NCBI GenBank assembly: GCA_963700285.1
Contig: CAVOXA010000001.1
Coordinates: forward strand, 1,664,001-1,728,000
DNA length: 64,000 nucleotides
Source: an uncultured Chloroflexia bacterium
Lineage (GTDB): Bacteria > Chloroflexota > Anaerolineae > JAAYZQ01
Reading direction: 5' to 3'
The position numbers and the translations under genes are program-made. Position 1 is the stretch's first letter, and each line of letters begins with the position of its first letter. A model generated the notes under the pieces. It saw nothing but the letters and a program-made list of their open reading frames with translations, ran no database searches and had not been told where the DNA came from. This document shows, piece after piece, positions 10,796 through 20,895 of the stretch.

Positions 10796-12144
10796 TCATT
10801 GCTCCCCAATTTCTGCATAGCGCTCCCAAACCCCAGCCGATAGCTCCCTTGCCCTGGCCGCAATCGCTTCCTCATCGAGGCTCAGCAGTTGCCGGTCGCG
10901 CATGAGCCACTTGCCGGCCACCATGGTAGATGTCACCGCATCGGCCTCAAAGCCAAAGAGAATATGCCAGGGTAGATTGCCGGCTGTCAGCTCGGTAAAG
11001 GGGTGATAATCCACCAGGATCAGGTCGGCATAAGCGCCAGGAGACAGCTCGCCGACGGCCGCCTGCGGCCAAAAGACCCGGGCCAGCGCCGCGTTGTTGG
11101 CGACGGCCATCTGCATGATATCGTATCCGTTGGCCCGCCTGGGGTCGCCGTGCCAGACCTTGTGCAGCAGGTAGGCGGTCTTCCACTCGGCCCACATGTT
11201 GTTGCTAAATCCGTCATTGCCCATGGCCACCGGGATCCCGCCGCGCAACATCATCTCTACCGGCGCCACACCAACCGCATTGTTCATGTTGGAGCGTGGC
11301 TGGTGGGTGACCCAGGTGCCTGTGTCGCGCAGGATCTCCATTTCCCAGGCGTCCACGTGCACGCAGTGTACCAGAATGCTCTTGGGGCCCAGGATGCCGG
11401 CATCGCAGAGCCGTTCGACGACCCGCTTCCCGCTGCGGCGCAGGCTGTCCTCTTCATCCGAGATCCCTTCGGCAGCGTGTATGTGAAAGCCCGCGTCCAA
11501 ACCCTGGACTGCCGCCACGCAATCGGCCAGCGTCTCTTTCGATAGGGTCAAGGAAGCGTGCAAGCCAAAAGAGGCCGCGATCAAGGGGTTCTTTCTTGCC
11601 TGAACCGCGCGGAGAAACCGGACGTTCTCCTCGATCCCCGCCTGTGCTTCGTCGCGGCCGTTGCGATCGGTCACTTCATAGCAGAGGCTGGCTCGCAAGC
11701 CAGCTTCATTGACAGCCTCCGCAATCTCATCCAGGCTGCCTGAAAGGGCCGATGGGCTTGCATGGTGGTCAATAGGGTGGTGGTACCATGCTTGATGGCA
11801 TCGACCAGGCAGACGAGCGCCGAGTAGCGCACGTCCTCCTGGGTGAGGGCTCTATCCAGACGCCACCACAGCTTGGCCAGGATCTCTGGAAAGTCACGGG
11901 GCGGATCGCCAGGGATGGCCATGCCCCGGGCAAAGGCACCGTAAAAGTGGGTATGGCCACAGATGTTGCCCGGCATGACGAGCTGGCCGCCTGCATCTAC
12001 CACTTTTTCGTCGGGGTATGCTTCCTTCAGCTTGCCAGCCGTGTCGACATCCGTAATCAGTGCGCCGTCCACCCGGACAGCGCCGTCTTCAATGATCTCG
12101 TTGGTCTCGCCTAGGGTGACTATGCGGCCGTTTGCAATCAGCAT
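10796..12144 (-). pseudogene. ssnA: SsnA-like amidohydrolase split by a 1-nt frameshift near 11775 (real or sequencing error)
   Basis: N-part MLIANG...PGNICGHTHFYG...IKHGTTTL resumes as IDHHASP in another frame; C-part has HIHAAEG, HQPRSNMNN, GNDG. Confidence 0.8.
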
Positions 12145-12201
12145 GGTTGACCTCCTTAACGAAGCGTGGGGAATGGGATGCTGCAACGGGCTCTTATTCG
12201 C

Positions 12202-13758
12202 CTAATCCCCTGTCTCCTCGTGCACGCCTGCCATCAACAGGCCGAGCCGTTCTGGCGTTGCGCTCTCGCTATCCACCACGTCCATGATCCGTCCTTCAAA
12301 GATCACAGCAATGCGGTCCGAAAGGGCCATGATTTCGTCCAGATCTTCCGAGATAAGAAGGACGGCATTGCCTTGCTCGCGCTGCTCCAGCAGGAGGGAG
12401 TGAACGTATTGGGTGGCGCCAATGTCTACGCCGCGAGTCGGTTGGGCGGCGATGAGCACTCGTGGCTCGCGTGAGAGTTCTCGCGCGAGCACCACTTTCT
12501 GGATGTTGCCGCCGGACAGATTCTTGACTCTCGTATCGCGGGATGGAGTCTTGATCTGAAATCCCTCGATGAGCTTGTCAGCAAAACTGGCAATGACTCG
12601 CAGGTTCTGGAAGCCGTTACGGGCAAAGGGTCGTCGGCCATGATCTCGCAAGATCTCGTTCTCTGCCACCGTGAAATTTTGAATTACGGCATCCTTCATC
12701 CGCTCTTCCGGGATGTAGGCAAGCTTCTCTTCCGTCAGCGCCCCCGGCAATTGGCCTGTGACGTCCTTGCCTTCAAGCACGATCTGTCCCTGCGTAGCAG
12801 GTCGCAGGCCCGTGATGACTTCGGCCAGCTCCCGTTGGCCGTTTCCCGAAACACCTGCGAGCCCCAAGATCTCGCCGGAATAGAGTTCCAGGTCAACCCC
12901 ACGCAGTGCTGGCATCTCGCGGTCGCTTTGGGCGTGAAGGTTCCTAACTTCCAGCCGGATCTCGCCCCGCTGCACATCGGCGCGTTCCGGTTTCATGATT
13001 ACCTCGCGTCCAACCATCATCCGCGCCAGATCTGCCTTGGTACAGCCCGCAGTCTCACAACTGTCAACCCTCTTCCCATCGCGCAGCACGGTTACGCGAT
13101 CGCTAATGTCCAGTACTTCGTGCAGTTTGTGCGAGATAAAGATGACGGCGTGACCGTCCCGGACCATCTGGCGCAAGGTAGTGAAGAACTCGTCCACCTC
13201 TTGAGGCGTAAGGACTGCGGTGGGCTCGTCAAGAATCAGGAGGGCGGCTCCCCGGTAAAGGGCTTTGATGATCTCTACGCGCTGGCGCTGGCCCACGGCA
13301 AGTTGCCAGATGCAGGCGTCAGGATCGACCTGCAGGCCATAAATGTCGCCCAACTCCCGGATGCGCTTTGCCACCTGATCGGGGTCCGTCAACAGCCCCC
13401 GGGAAGACGGCAAGCCCAGGGCCACATTCTCGGCTACCGTCAGGGTATCCACCAGCATGAAGTGCTGATGGATCATGCCAATGCCCTGTTCGATTGCGTC
13501 CGTGGGGGATTCGATGCTCACAGGCTGGCCGTTGAGCCAGATCTCGCCTTCATCGGGTGCATACATCCCGTACAGCACCTTCATCAGGGTGCTCTTGCCA
13601 GCCCCGTTTTCTCCCAACAGAGCGTGGACCTCACCAGTGCGCACGTCAAAATCAACGTGATCGTTGGCCACTACGCCTGGAAATAGTTTGGTGATTCCCT
13701 TCATTTCCAAATGGTCGATTCGAGTACGGCCGGAAGGTAGGATGTTGTTGTTCGTCAT
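12202..13758 (-). CDS. CUT2-family (nucleoside/nucleobase) ABC transporter ATPase
   Basis: GENGAGKST, LILDEPT, LSGGNIQK; two ABC domains. Confidence 0.92.
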   Translation of the reverse strand: MTNNNILPSGRTRIDHLEMKGITKLFPGVVANDHVDFDVRTGEVHALLGENGAGKSTLMKVLYGMYAPDEGEIWLNGQPVSIESPTDAIEQGIGMIHQHFMLVDTLTVAENVALGLPSSRGLLTDPDQVAKRIRELGDIYGLQVDPDACIWQLAVGQRQRVEIIKALYRGAALLILDEPTAVLTPQEVDEFFTTLRQMVRDGHAVIFISHKLHEVLDISDRVTVLRDGKRVDSCETAGCTKADLARMMVGREVIMKPERADVQRGEIRLEVRNLHAQSDREMPALRGVDLELYSGEILGLAGVSGNGQRELAEVITGLRPATQGQIVLEGKDVTGQLPGALTEEKLAYIPEERMKDAVIQNFTVAENEILRDHGRRPFARNGFQNLRVIASFADKLIEGFQIKTPSRDTRVKNLSGGNIQKVVLARELSREPRVLIAAQPTRGVDIGATQYVHSLLLEQREQGNAVLLISEDLDEIMALSDRIAVIFEGRIMDVVDSESATPERLGLLMAGVHEETGD

Positions 13759-13777
13759 CACATGCTCCTGATCTGAG

Positions 13778-13819
13778 ACGCAATGCGCGAAACGCGAGTT
13801 CACGTTTCACGCATTGCGT
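13778..13819. repeat. Intergenic inverted repeat/hairpin after the BMP gene
   Basis: ACGCAATGCG-C-GAAACG ... CGTTTC-A-CGCATTGCGT. Confidence 0.75.
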
Positions 13820-13828
13820 TTTCCCTAG

Positions 13829-14842
13829 CTATTCACCTATGTCAATGGTGATGGATCCATCAACAATCCCCTTGATGGCTTCTTCCGCTGCTGCTTTCAC
13901 GTCGGCTGGCAGGTCAAAGTCAGGGTTGTATTCCATGACCTGGCCCTTGTTCTCCAGCGTGATGTTGTAGGCCTTGCCGCCGTAGGTACCCTGGCCCATC
14001 AGGTTGATGATGTCATCCAAGACCACGCTCCAGTCGTATATCTGGTTGGCGACCACAATGTCCGGGGCCAGTGAAGACTGGCTGGCTTGTGTGCCAAACC
14101 ACAGCGCTCCATTCTTCTCGGCAGCGCCGATGGCGCCTACTACCATCTGAGCTGTGCCGGTCAGGACATCGGCTCCGGCCTGAAGATGGGTATTGGCCGC
14201 TTCGGCCGCCATAGCCACATCAGAGAATGAGCCGATATAGTTGACATTGACCTGAGCGTCTGGATTGGAGGCTTTGACACCCTGCAGGAACCCATCGATG
14301 TACAGTTTGGCGTCGCCGGTCTCGATGGGGCCGACCACGCCGATCACGTTGCTCTTGGTGAGCATGCCGGCCATGACGCCGTTGACATAGCCGCCTTCGT
14401 CGGAAGCGGCCTCGTAGGCAAAGACGTTCTTGATCCCTTCCTCCGTGAACGTATTCACGGTTGTGCCATGTGCGAAGGCGGTCTCGGGAAAGTCGGGGGC
14501 AATCTCCTGTAGAGAACTACCATACTGGGAGCCGTGGGCAATCACCAGGTCATAGCCCTCGGTTGCATAGTCACGGATGGCCGCTGCAGCGTCGTCAACT
14601 ACGAACATCCCCTCCGAATAGACCAACTCCATCTTTTCTGGGCCGCCCATCTCCTCTTGGATGGCGAGCAGGGAATCGTACATGCTCTGGCTGAAGGCTA
14701 GATCATTGATGGTGCTGGGCATGATAACGGCTACACGGATCACACCATCGTCCCCCCGCTTCCTCCCCCCGCCAGGTCCGCAGGCGGCAACCACCAGTGC
14801 CACTATCACTGCCAAGACTAACATGCTGCCTTTTTTCGACAT
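13829..14842 (-). CDS. BMP-family lipoprotein (purine nucleoside-binding)
   Basis: Lipobox VAAC; DLAFSQS, AIRDYATEGYDLVIAHG. Confidence 0.88.
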   Translation of the reverse strand: MSKKGSMLVLAVIVALVVAACGPGGGRKRGDDGVIRVAVIMPSTINDLAFSQSMYDSLLAIQEEMGGPEKMELVYSEGMFVVDDAAAAIRDYATEGYDLVIAHGSQYGSSLQEIAPDFPETAFAHGTTVNTFTEEGIKNVFAYEAASDEGGYVNGVMAGMLTKSNVIGVVGPIETGDAKLYIDGFLQGVKASNPDAQVNVNYIGSFSDVAMAAEAANTHLQAGADVLTGTAQMVVGAIGAAEKNGALWFGTQASQSSLAPDIVVANQIYDWSVVLDDIINLMGQGTYGGKAYNITLENKGQVMEYNPDFDLPADVKAAAEEAIKGIVDGSITIDIGE

Positions 14843-14995
14843 TTCTTCCTCCTCATTTCTCAAGATTGTTCATCAAAGCCAAGCTCATCACCCTGATCTA
14901 CAGTTGTCCGCGGACATCACCTCCTTGCCAAACGTTGGGGTTGAAGTTGGAGGCTGACTGACTTGTCCAGTCTCAACTTCAACCTTGACCTCAAC

Positions 14996-15928
14996 CTATC
15001 CCTCTCTCTCAAACGGTTTCGTCAGCGCTGAGGGGGCACGCACTCGCTTTGTGGTCAGGACGAGGGCCACAATGGTCAGGACGTAGGGCATCATCACCAG
15101 GAGATCTGAAGGGATTGCGGCGCCCATCACTTGGAGCCAAAGCTGAAAGGCGATCACCACGCTGAAGAGTAGTGCGCCCAAGAGTACACCTACTGGCCTC
15201 CAACCGCCAAAGTAGACCAAGGCCACGGCGATGAATCCCAGACCGCTGGTCATGTTTTGCTGGAATACATTCAGCAGGGCGATCGACAGGGAAGCGCCGG
15301 CAATGCCGGACAAGGTCCCCCCCATCGTGACGGTAAAATAGCGCACGGCGCTGACGCTCACACCCAGCGAGTCAGCCGCTTCGGGATTCTCGCCCACCGC
15401 CCTGATCTTCAGACCGATGTTGGTCTTGTTCAGGACAAAGGTGGCAATGGGTACGAGGAGATAGGCGATGTAGACCAGGATGTTGTGGCTGAAAAAGACT
15501 TCACCCAGGATGGGAATGTCACTCAGTACCGGGATGTGGATCGGCGAGAAGCCACGCACTGTCTCCACGGTGCCCAAGGTCATTTGAAAGAGGAGAGTGC
15601 TCATCCCCAGACCAAAGAGGTAGAAGCCGATGCCGCTGATCCCCTGCTCTGCTTGTAGGTTGATGGTGACAAAGGCCATTGCTAGCCCCATCGCTGTACC
15701 GACAATGATCGCTGCCAACAGTCCCAGCCACGGATTGCCAGTGATGAAGGTGACATAGAAAGCAAAAAAGGCTCCCAAGAGCATCTGCCCCTCGACGCCG
15801 AGGTTGAGCACCCCACTTCGCTGTCCAAAGGTCTCACCGATGGCGGCGTACAGATAGGGCGTTGCGAGTCGAATGCCCGAAGCTAGGATGCCAATGAGAA
15901 CGGTGGCCGTAAGGAACTCGGAATTCAT
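14996..15928 (-). CDS. ABC transporter permease
   Basis: RSGVLNLGVEG, RAVGENPEAADSLG, GFIAVALV. Confidence 0.9.
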   Translation of the reverse strand: MNSEFLTATVLIGILASGIRLATPYLYAAIGETFGQRSGVLNLGVEGQMLLGAFFAFYVTFITGNPWLGLLAAIIVGTAMGLAMAFVTINLQAEQGISGIGFYLFGLGMSTLLFQMTLGTVETVRGFSPIHIPVLSDIPILGEVFFSHNILVYIAYLLVPIATFVLNKTNIGLKIRAVGENPEAADSLGVSVSAVRYFTVTMGGTLSGIAGASLSIALLNVFQQNMTSGLGFIAVALVYFGGWRPVGVLLGALLFSVVIAFQLWLQVMGAAIPSDLLVMMPYVLTIVALVLTTKRVRAPSALTKPFEREG

Positions 15929-17067
15929 GGCGTCACCCCCGATTCAGGCACCAAAGCCTGTTCTTTTTCCGCCTTGCTGGTGGCCTCAATACGCCGCTTC
16001 CGTTGCCGGCGGCGCCGCCAGAGTTCGCTACTGACGACAAAAATCACGACCAGGCCGTTAAGGGCGAGGATAAACGAGGAAGGCACCTGCATGACGCGCT
16101 GCAGCTTGTTGGCCCCTACGAGCAGCGCCCCAAAGAAAAAGGAAGCCGGGATAGCGCCAAGGGGGTGCAATTGCCCGAACAGAGCAGCCACGATGCCGTT
16201 GAAACCTGCGCTGGCCGTGAACCCCGTGGCCGAGCCATCGGTGATCATGCGGTAGTTCAGGCCGTAGACCTGGATGGCCCCGGCCAGTCCGCAAAAGGCG
16301 CCGCTCAGCAGGAGCGCGATCACGATCTGCCGGCGTACCCGGATCCCTCCATACCGCGACGCATCCGGGTTCTGGCCCACTGCCCGAATGCGATACCCCA
16401 GTACCGTGCGAAACAGAAGAATGTAGACCAGGAAGGCCAGGATCACCGCCAGTAGCGCTCCTAGATGCAGGCGAGTGGGCGCCCACCTGGGCAGACGGAA
16501 GGCTGCCTCCAGAGCGGCGGTCTGGGGGATCTTGGAAGCGAGTTCAGCCTGGGCCGGGTCGATCATTGGGCCACGCAGCAGATAGTTCATGATCTGTACG
16601 GCGATGGCGTTCATCATGATAGTGGTCAGGATCTCGTTAACGCCGAAATATGCCTTCAGTGCGCCTGGGATCGCCCCCCAGAGCCCTCCTCCTACAAAGC
16701 CGGCCAGTATGGCCAGGGGGATGAGCACCCAGCCGGGCCAGTTCGGAAAACTCAGCCCCACCACGGTTGCAAAGATGGCGCCCAGGATCATCTGTCCTTC
16801 GCCGCCAATGTTGATGACATTGGCCCTAAACGCGATACAGATGCCCAGGGCTACCAATAGCAGGGGCACGGCCTTGACTGCTGTCTCCGCGACGGCATTG
16901 CTGCTGCCGAAAGCGCCTTCCACTAGGGCTCCATAGGCCCTGATCGGATTGGCGCCCAGCAGCAGCAACATGACGGCCCCCAGTGCCAGCGCGGCAAATG
17001 TGGCAAAGACAGGCAACAGGGCATCCACGACCTGAGAGAAATCGATCTTTGACAGCCAGGTATTCAT
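15925..17067 (-). CDS. ABC transporter permease
   Basis: NIGGEGQ, VNEILTTIMMN, RAVGQNPDASRYGG. Confidence 0.9.
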   Translation of the reverse strand: MNTWLSKIDFSQVVDALLPVFATFAALALGAVMLLLLGANPIRAYGALVEGAFGSSNAVAETAVKAVPLLLVALGICIAFRANVINIGGEGQMILGAIFATVVGLSFPNWPGWVLIPLAILAGFVGGGLWGAIPGALKAYFGVNEILTTIMMNAIAVQIMNYLLRGPMIDPAQAELASKIPQTAALEAAFRLPRWAPTRLHLGALLAVILAFLVYILLFRTVLGYRIRAVGQNPDASRYGGIRVRRQIVIALLLSGAFCGLAGAIQVYGLNYRMITDGSATGFTASAGFNGIVAALFGQLHPLGAIPASFFFGALLVGANKLQRVMQVPSSFILALNGLVVIFVVSSELWRRRRQRKRRIEATSKAEKEQALVPESGVTP

Positions 17068-17182
17068 GTTCAATTGCTCTCCTTGTTTCTGGAAGACTGG
17101 AGAACTCGCCCATTGGTAGATTAGCGAACTGGACACTCAGATCAAGTATGCCGATCCACCAGTGCACCAATTTACCGTTCTC

Positions 17183-20122
17183 CTAGTCTTCTGCTCTTAG
17201 CGCCTGCCACACTCGCTCCGGTGTAAAGGGAACCTGCCGGATCCAGACTCCCGTCGCGTCGTGGATTGCGTCGGCCATGGCTGGGGCCATGCCATCCATG
17301 GCGATCTCGGAGACCGATTTGGCTCCGAAAGGCCCCGTGGGCTCGTCCGTCTGGACAAAGATGACTTCCGTCTGGGGCATCTCGCTGGACAGATAGGTGT
17401 GGTAGGGGCCGAATCGTGCGTTGACCATCCGGCCCTGCTCGTCGTAGACCATCTCTTCACAGTGGGCAAAGCCCAGGGCTTGCTGGAGCCCGCCCTCCAC
17501 CTGCCCGGAGGCGGTGATGGGGTTGATCACCCGGCCGGCGTCCACCACCATCAACACCCGGTCCACGGTGACCTGTCCCGTTTCAGTGTCTACTGCAAGC
17601 TCGACAAACTGGGCGGCGAATGGCGGCGGGCTGTCGTAGCTTACGTGGGAGGCGCTGGCAATGATCTGGTGCTGGTTCTGCTGGTGCAGACTGCTCAGGG
17701 CTACGGCTTCCAGCGTGAGGGCACGGCCGTCGGGTAGGAAGACCTGCCTGTCCCGTAACTCAAAGCCTTCGATTCCTTCCAGCCCCAGCATCGTGGCTGC
17801 GTGTTCTTTGATCTGGCTGGCTACCTTGTGGGCTGCCTTGCGCACCGCCCCACCGCTGATGTAGGTCGTGCTGGAGGCATAGGCTCCCGTGTCAAAGGGT
17901 GTGAAATCGGTGTCCGAGGAATAGACGATCATGTCCTCCAAAGGCACGCCCAACACCTCAGCCGCCATCTGGCCCAGGATGGTGTCCGAGCCCGTACCCA
18001 GATCGGTAGCGCCGATCAACAGGTTGAACGAGCCGTCGTCGTTCATCTTGATCGTGGCCGCCGCCATGTCGAGGCCAGCGACGCCGCTGCCGTGCAGCGC
18101 GATGGCCATGCCGATGCCACGGCGGATGGGATCGGCAACGGATCCTTGCTCCGGGCCTGGGTTCATCTGACCGCGTTTACCATACCAGTCCATCGCCTCC
18201 AGGCCCACCTGGACGCACTGCTCCAGACCGCTGGAGCGGATGACCTGCGCGAAACCTTCGCGCCCCTCGCCCAGGGCCTTGGCCATCAGAAGTTCCTCGC
18301 CTACCTTGATGACATTCTTGCGCTTAAAGTCGACGACGTCCCATCCAAGCTTGGCTGCAATCTCGGACATCAAGGTCTCGAGGCCAAAGTAGCATTGCAT
18401 GGCGCCATAGCCGCGAAAGGCGCCTGGCGTGGGCTTGTTCGTGTATACGACGTCACAGACAAACTTGGAGAAAGGCGCGTTGTATAGGGTCAGGCCCTTC
18501 TGGCCGCCCACCATCTGTACTGTCAGGCCATGGGTGCCGTAGGCGCAGGTATCTCCGATGAGATCAAGCTCGATGGCGACTACCTCCATCTCGTTGGTGA
18601 CGCCGACCTTGTAGCGCATGATATGAGGATGGCGGCTGCGAGAGCTGGTGAATTCTTGTTCTCGAGAGTATTCCATGCGTACCGGCCGGCCGGTGGCGAG
18701 GGTCAGATGGGAGCAGAGATCCTCCAGGATCATCTCCTGTTTATTGCCAAAGCCCCCTCCAATGCGGGGCTTGATCACCCGGATCTGCTTGACCTGTAGG
18801 CCGATCAGGGGAGCGAGCATGCGCCGCACGTGGAAGGGGACCTGGGTGCTGGTCCGAACCACTAGCCGGTCATCCTCATCCCAGTAGGTGATGCAGACGT
18901 GGGGCTCGACGTGGGCCTGCTGCTGCTGTGAGGTCCGGTACTCCCCCTCAAAGACATGGTCGGCCTTCGCCCACTGGACTTCACCGTCTCCGCCCTCCGC
19001 CTCGATATGCAGGACGATGTTATGCTGGGCATCATAGATGCCCTCAGTGTCGGGCTCGTCGTGGATGACTGGCGCGCCCTCCCGCATGGCTGCCTCCGGG
19101 TCCAGTACGTGGGGCAGCACTTCGTACTCGACTTCGATCAGGCGCAGAGCCCGCTGGGCCAGTGCTGGCGTCTCGGCGGCGACGATCGCCACCCGGTCGC
19201 CTACGTGGCGCACTTTGGTGTCCAGGCTCACCTGGTCGAGGGGGGGCGGATTGGGGTAGCTCTGTCCACCCGTGGCGTACTTGATGCGCGGCACATCCTC
19301 GTGGGTTAGGACAGCGTGAACCCCGTCCAGCGCCCGGGCGCGGCTGGCATCAATTCGCTTAATGCGAGCGTGGGCGTGGGGGCTGGTGAGTAGTTCGCCG
19401 TACAGCATGCCCTCCATCCTGATGTCATCGGCAAAGACGGGTTTCCCGGTGATTAGCTTGACTGAATCCACCTTCTGCTCAGGTTTGCCTACCACCTGGA
19501 GTGATTCCATGTCTGGCGGCGAGATCACCAGGGGGGGGCGAGAGATTGCGTCCTTGGCCGACTCATAGTGCTGCCGGACCGTCTCTGCGGGCGACTCATC
19601 GGGACCCAAGGTGGCATGGGCCGGTTTGACCGGGGCCACTTTTTCGCCCCGCAGCATGGCGGCGGCTCTCTGTACCGCTTGCACAATCTTGACATAACCG
19701 GTACAGCGGCACAGCACACCGCTCATCGCCTCTCGGATCTCTGCCTCCGTGGGGTTGGGGTTGCGGTCCAGCAGCGCTTTGGCAGTCATCAGTTGTCCTG
19801 GCGTACAGTAGCCACACTGGCTCCCGCCAGCCTCGATGAATGCCTGCTGGAGGGGGTGTAGCTGGCCCCCAGATGCCAGGCCTTCCACAGTCAGGACCTC
19901 TCGCCCCTCGGCCCTGGCGGCGGGGAGGGTACAACTGTACACAGGCTGTCCGTCCAGCAGAATGGTGCAGGCGCCGCAGTCACCGGTCTTGCAGCCGTTC
20001 TTTACGCTGAAATAGGAGGCATTTCGTAGCGCGTCGAACAAGGTCTCCCCTCGCTGCACGCTCAGGCTTTTCTTCTCGCCATTGATGGTCAGTACAATCA
20101 CGTTCATCCTGGCACTATTCAT
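17183..20122 (-). CDS. XdhD-like molybdopterin oxidoreductase with fused N-terminal [2Fe-2S] domain
   Basis: GCKTGDCGAC, QCGYCTPG, CRCTGY; STQVP, GGGFGNKQ, AFRGYG, GAKSVSE. Confidence 0.88.
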   Translation of the reverse strand: MNSARMNVIVLTINGEKKSLSVQRGETLFDALRNASYFSVKNGCKTGDCGACTILLDGQPVYSCTLPAARAEGREVLTVEGLASGGQLHPLQQAFIEAGGSQCGYCTPGQLMTAKALLDRNPNPTEAEIREAMSGVLCRCTGYVKIVQAVQRAAAMLRGEKVAPVKPAHATLGPDESPAETVRQHYESAKDAISRPPLVISPPDMESLQVVGKPEQKVDSVKLITGKPVFADDIRMEGMLYGELLTSPHAHARIKRIDASRARALDGVHAVLTHEDVPRIKYATGGQSYPNPPPLDQVSLDTKVRHVGDRVAIVAAETPALAQRALRLIEVEYEVLPHVLDPEAAMREGAPVIHDEPDTEGIYDAQHNIVLHIEAEGGDGEVQWAKADHVFEGEYRTSQQQQAHVEPHVCITYWDEDDRLVVRTSTQVPFHVRRMLAPLIGLQVKQIRVIKPRIGGGFGNKQEMILEDLCSHLTLATGRPVRMEYSREQEFTSSRSRHPHIMRYKVGVTNEMEVVAIELDLIGDTCAYGTHGLTVQMVGGQKGLTLYNAPFSKFVCDVVYTNKPTPGAFRGYGAMQCYFGLETLMSEIAAKLGWDVVDFKRKNVIKVGEELLMAKALGEGREGFAQVIRSSGLEQCVQVGLEAMDWYGKRGQMNPGPEQGSVADPIRRGIGMAIALHGSGVAGLDMAAATIKMNDDGSFNLLIGATDLGTGSDTILGQMAAEVLGVPLEDMIVYSSDTDFTPFDTGAYASSTTYISGGAVRKAAHKVASQIKEHAATMLGLEGIEGFELRDRQVFLPDGRALTLEAVALSSLHQQNQHQIIASASHVSYDSPPPFAAQFVELAVDTETGQVTVDRVLMVVDAGRVINPITASGQVEGGLQQALGFAHCEEMVYDEQGRMVNARFGPYHTYLSSEMPQTEVIFVQTDEPTGPFGAKSVSEIAMDGMAPAMADAIHDATGVWIRQVPFTPERVWQALRAED

Positions 20123-20798
20123 TCCCCGTCTCCTTCTGCAGGCACTGCTCGAGCGCACGCCGGGTCAGCACAACTGCCATCGCCCGGCGGTACGGCTCGC
20201 CGCCTCGAAAGTCGCCTTCGGGTTCGACCTCGCCCTCTATTTCGGCGGCCACCGCCAGAATCTGCTCTTGGGTCAATGGGCCGCCAATCAGTTTCGCTGG
20301 CGCCTGCGCCAACCCCACCGGCTTGGGCCAGACACCCGTGAGGGCGACCCGAGCCTGGGACACGATCCCATCGGTTGTTTCCACCGCGGCAACCGCGGCA
20401 ACAATGGGCTCGTCGGCCGGGGTACGACCCAGATGGGCCTCACCCCAGCTCAAGCCTGTGATTGGGACGTATAGCCTGGTGATGTTGACGGTCTTCTTGG
20501 CCTCCAGCAGTGCCTCGACGGACCGTTGCTCGAGTCCCTCTTCGCCCTGTGTAGCGGCCGTGGCCCCCAGCGCCAAAAGCGCCGCAGACCAGCGGGGCGC
20601 AATCTTGGGCGATAGCAGCGCACGGTGGATCTGCCTTCGATTCCGCTCCTGCCAGACTAACTCGCCGGTGAGCGTTTGGCGCATCAAGGGTGGGCAGTCC
20701 GGGTCCTCCAGTATCGCTTGGAGCGAAAGCTGGGCATCGACGCTCCACCAGCCGTCGATGCTTCCTGGATCTTTCGAAAGAACTTTATCAGCTTTCAT
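20115..20798 (-). CDS. Short FAD-subunit-like (YgfM/CoxM C-terminal type) protein
   Basis: RTPADEPIVAAV, ARVALTGV, DFRGGEPYRRAMA; N-terminal AGGT motif absent. Confidence 0.7.
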   Translation of the reverse strand: MKADKVLSKDPGSIDGWWSVDAQLSLQAILEDPDCPPLMRQTLTGELVWQERNRRQIHRALLSPKIAPRWSAALLALGATAATQGEEGLEQRSVEALLEAKKTVNITRLYVPITGLSWGEAHLGRTPADEPIVAAVAAVETTDGIVSQARVALTGVWPKPVGLAQAPAKLIGGPLTQEQILAVAAEIEGEVEPEGDFRGGEPYRRAMAVVLTRRALEQCLQKETGNE

Positions 20799-20895
20799 AC
20801 CGATTGTCTCCTTTGGGGCCTACCGGGGTGCAGAGATTGGCGGATTGCAATGTGCTAAAGCCTGGCTGCTGCCCGTCGGCCTCACTCACAGCATT

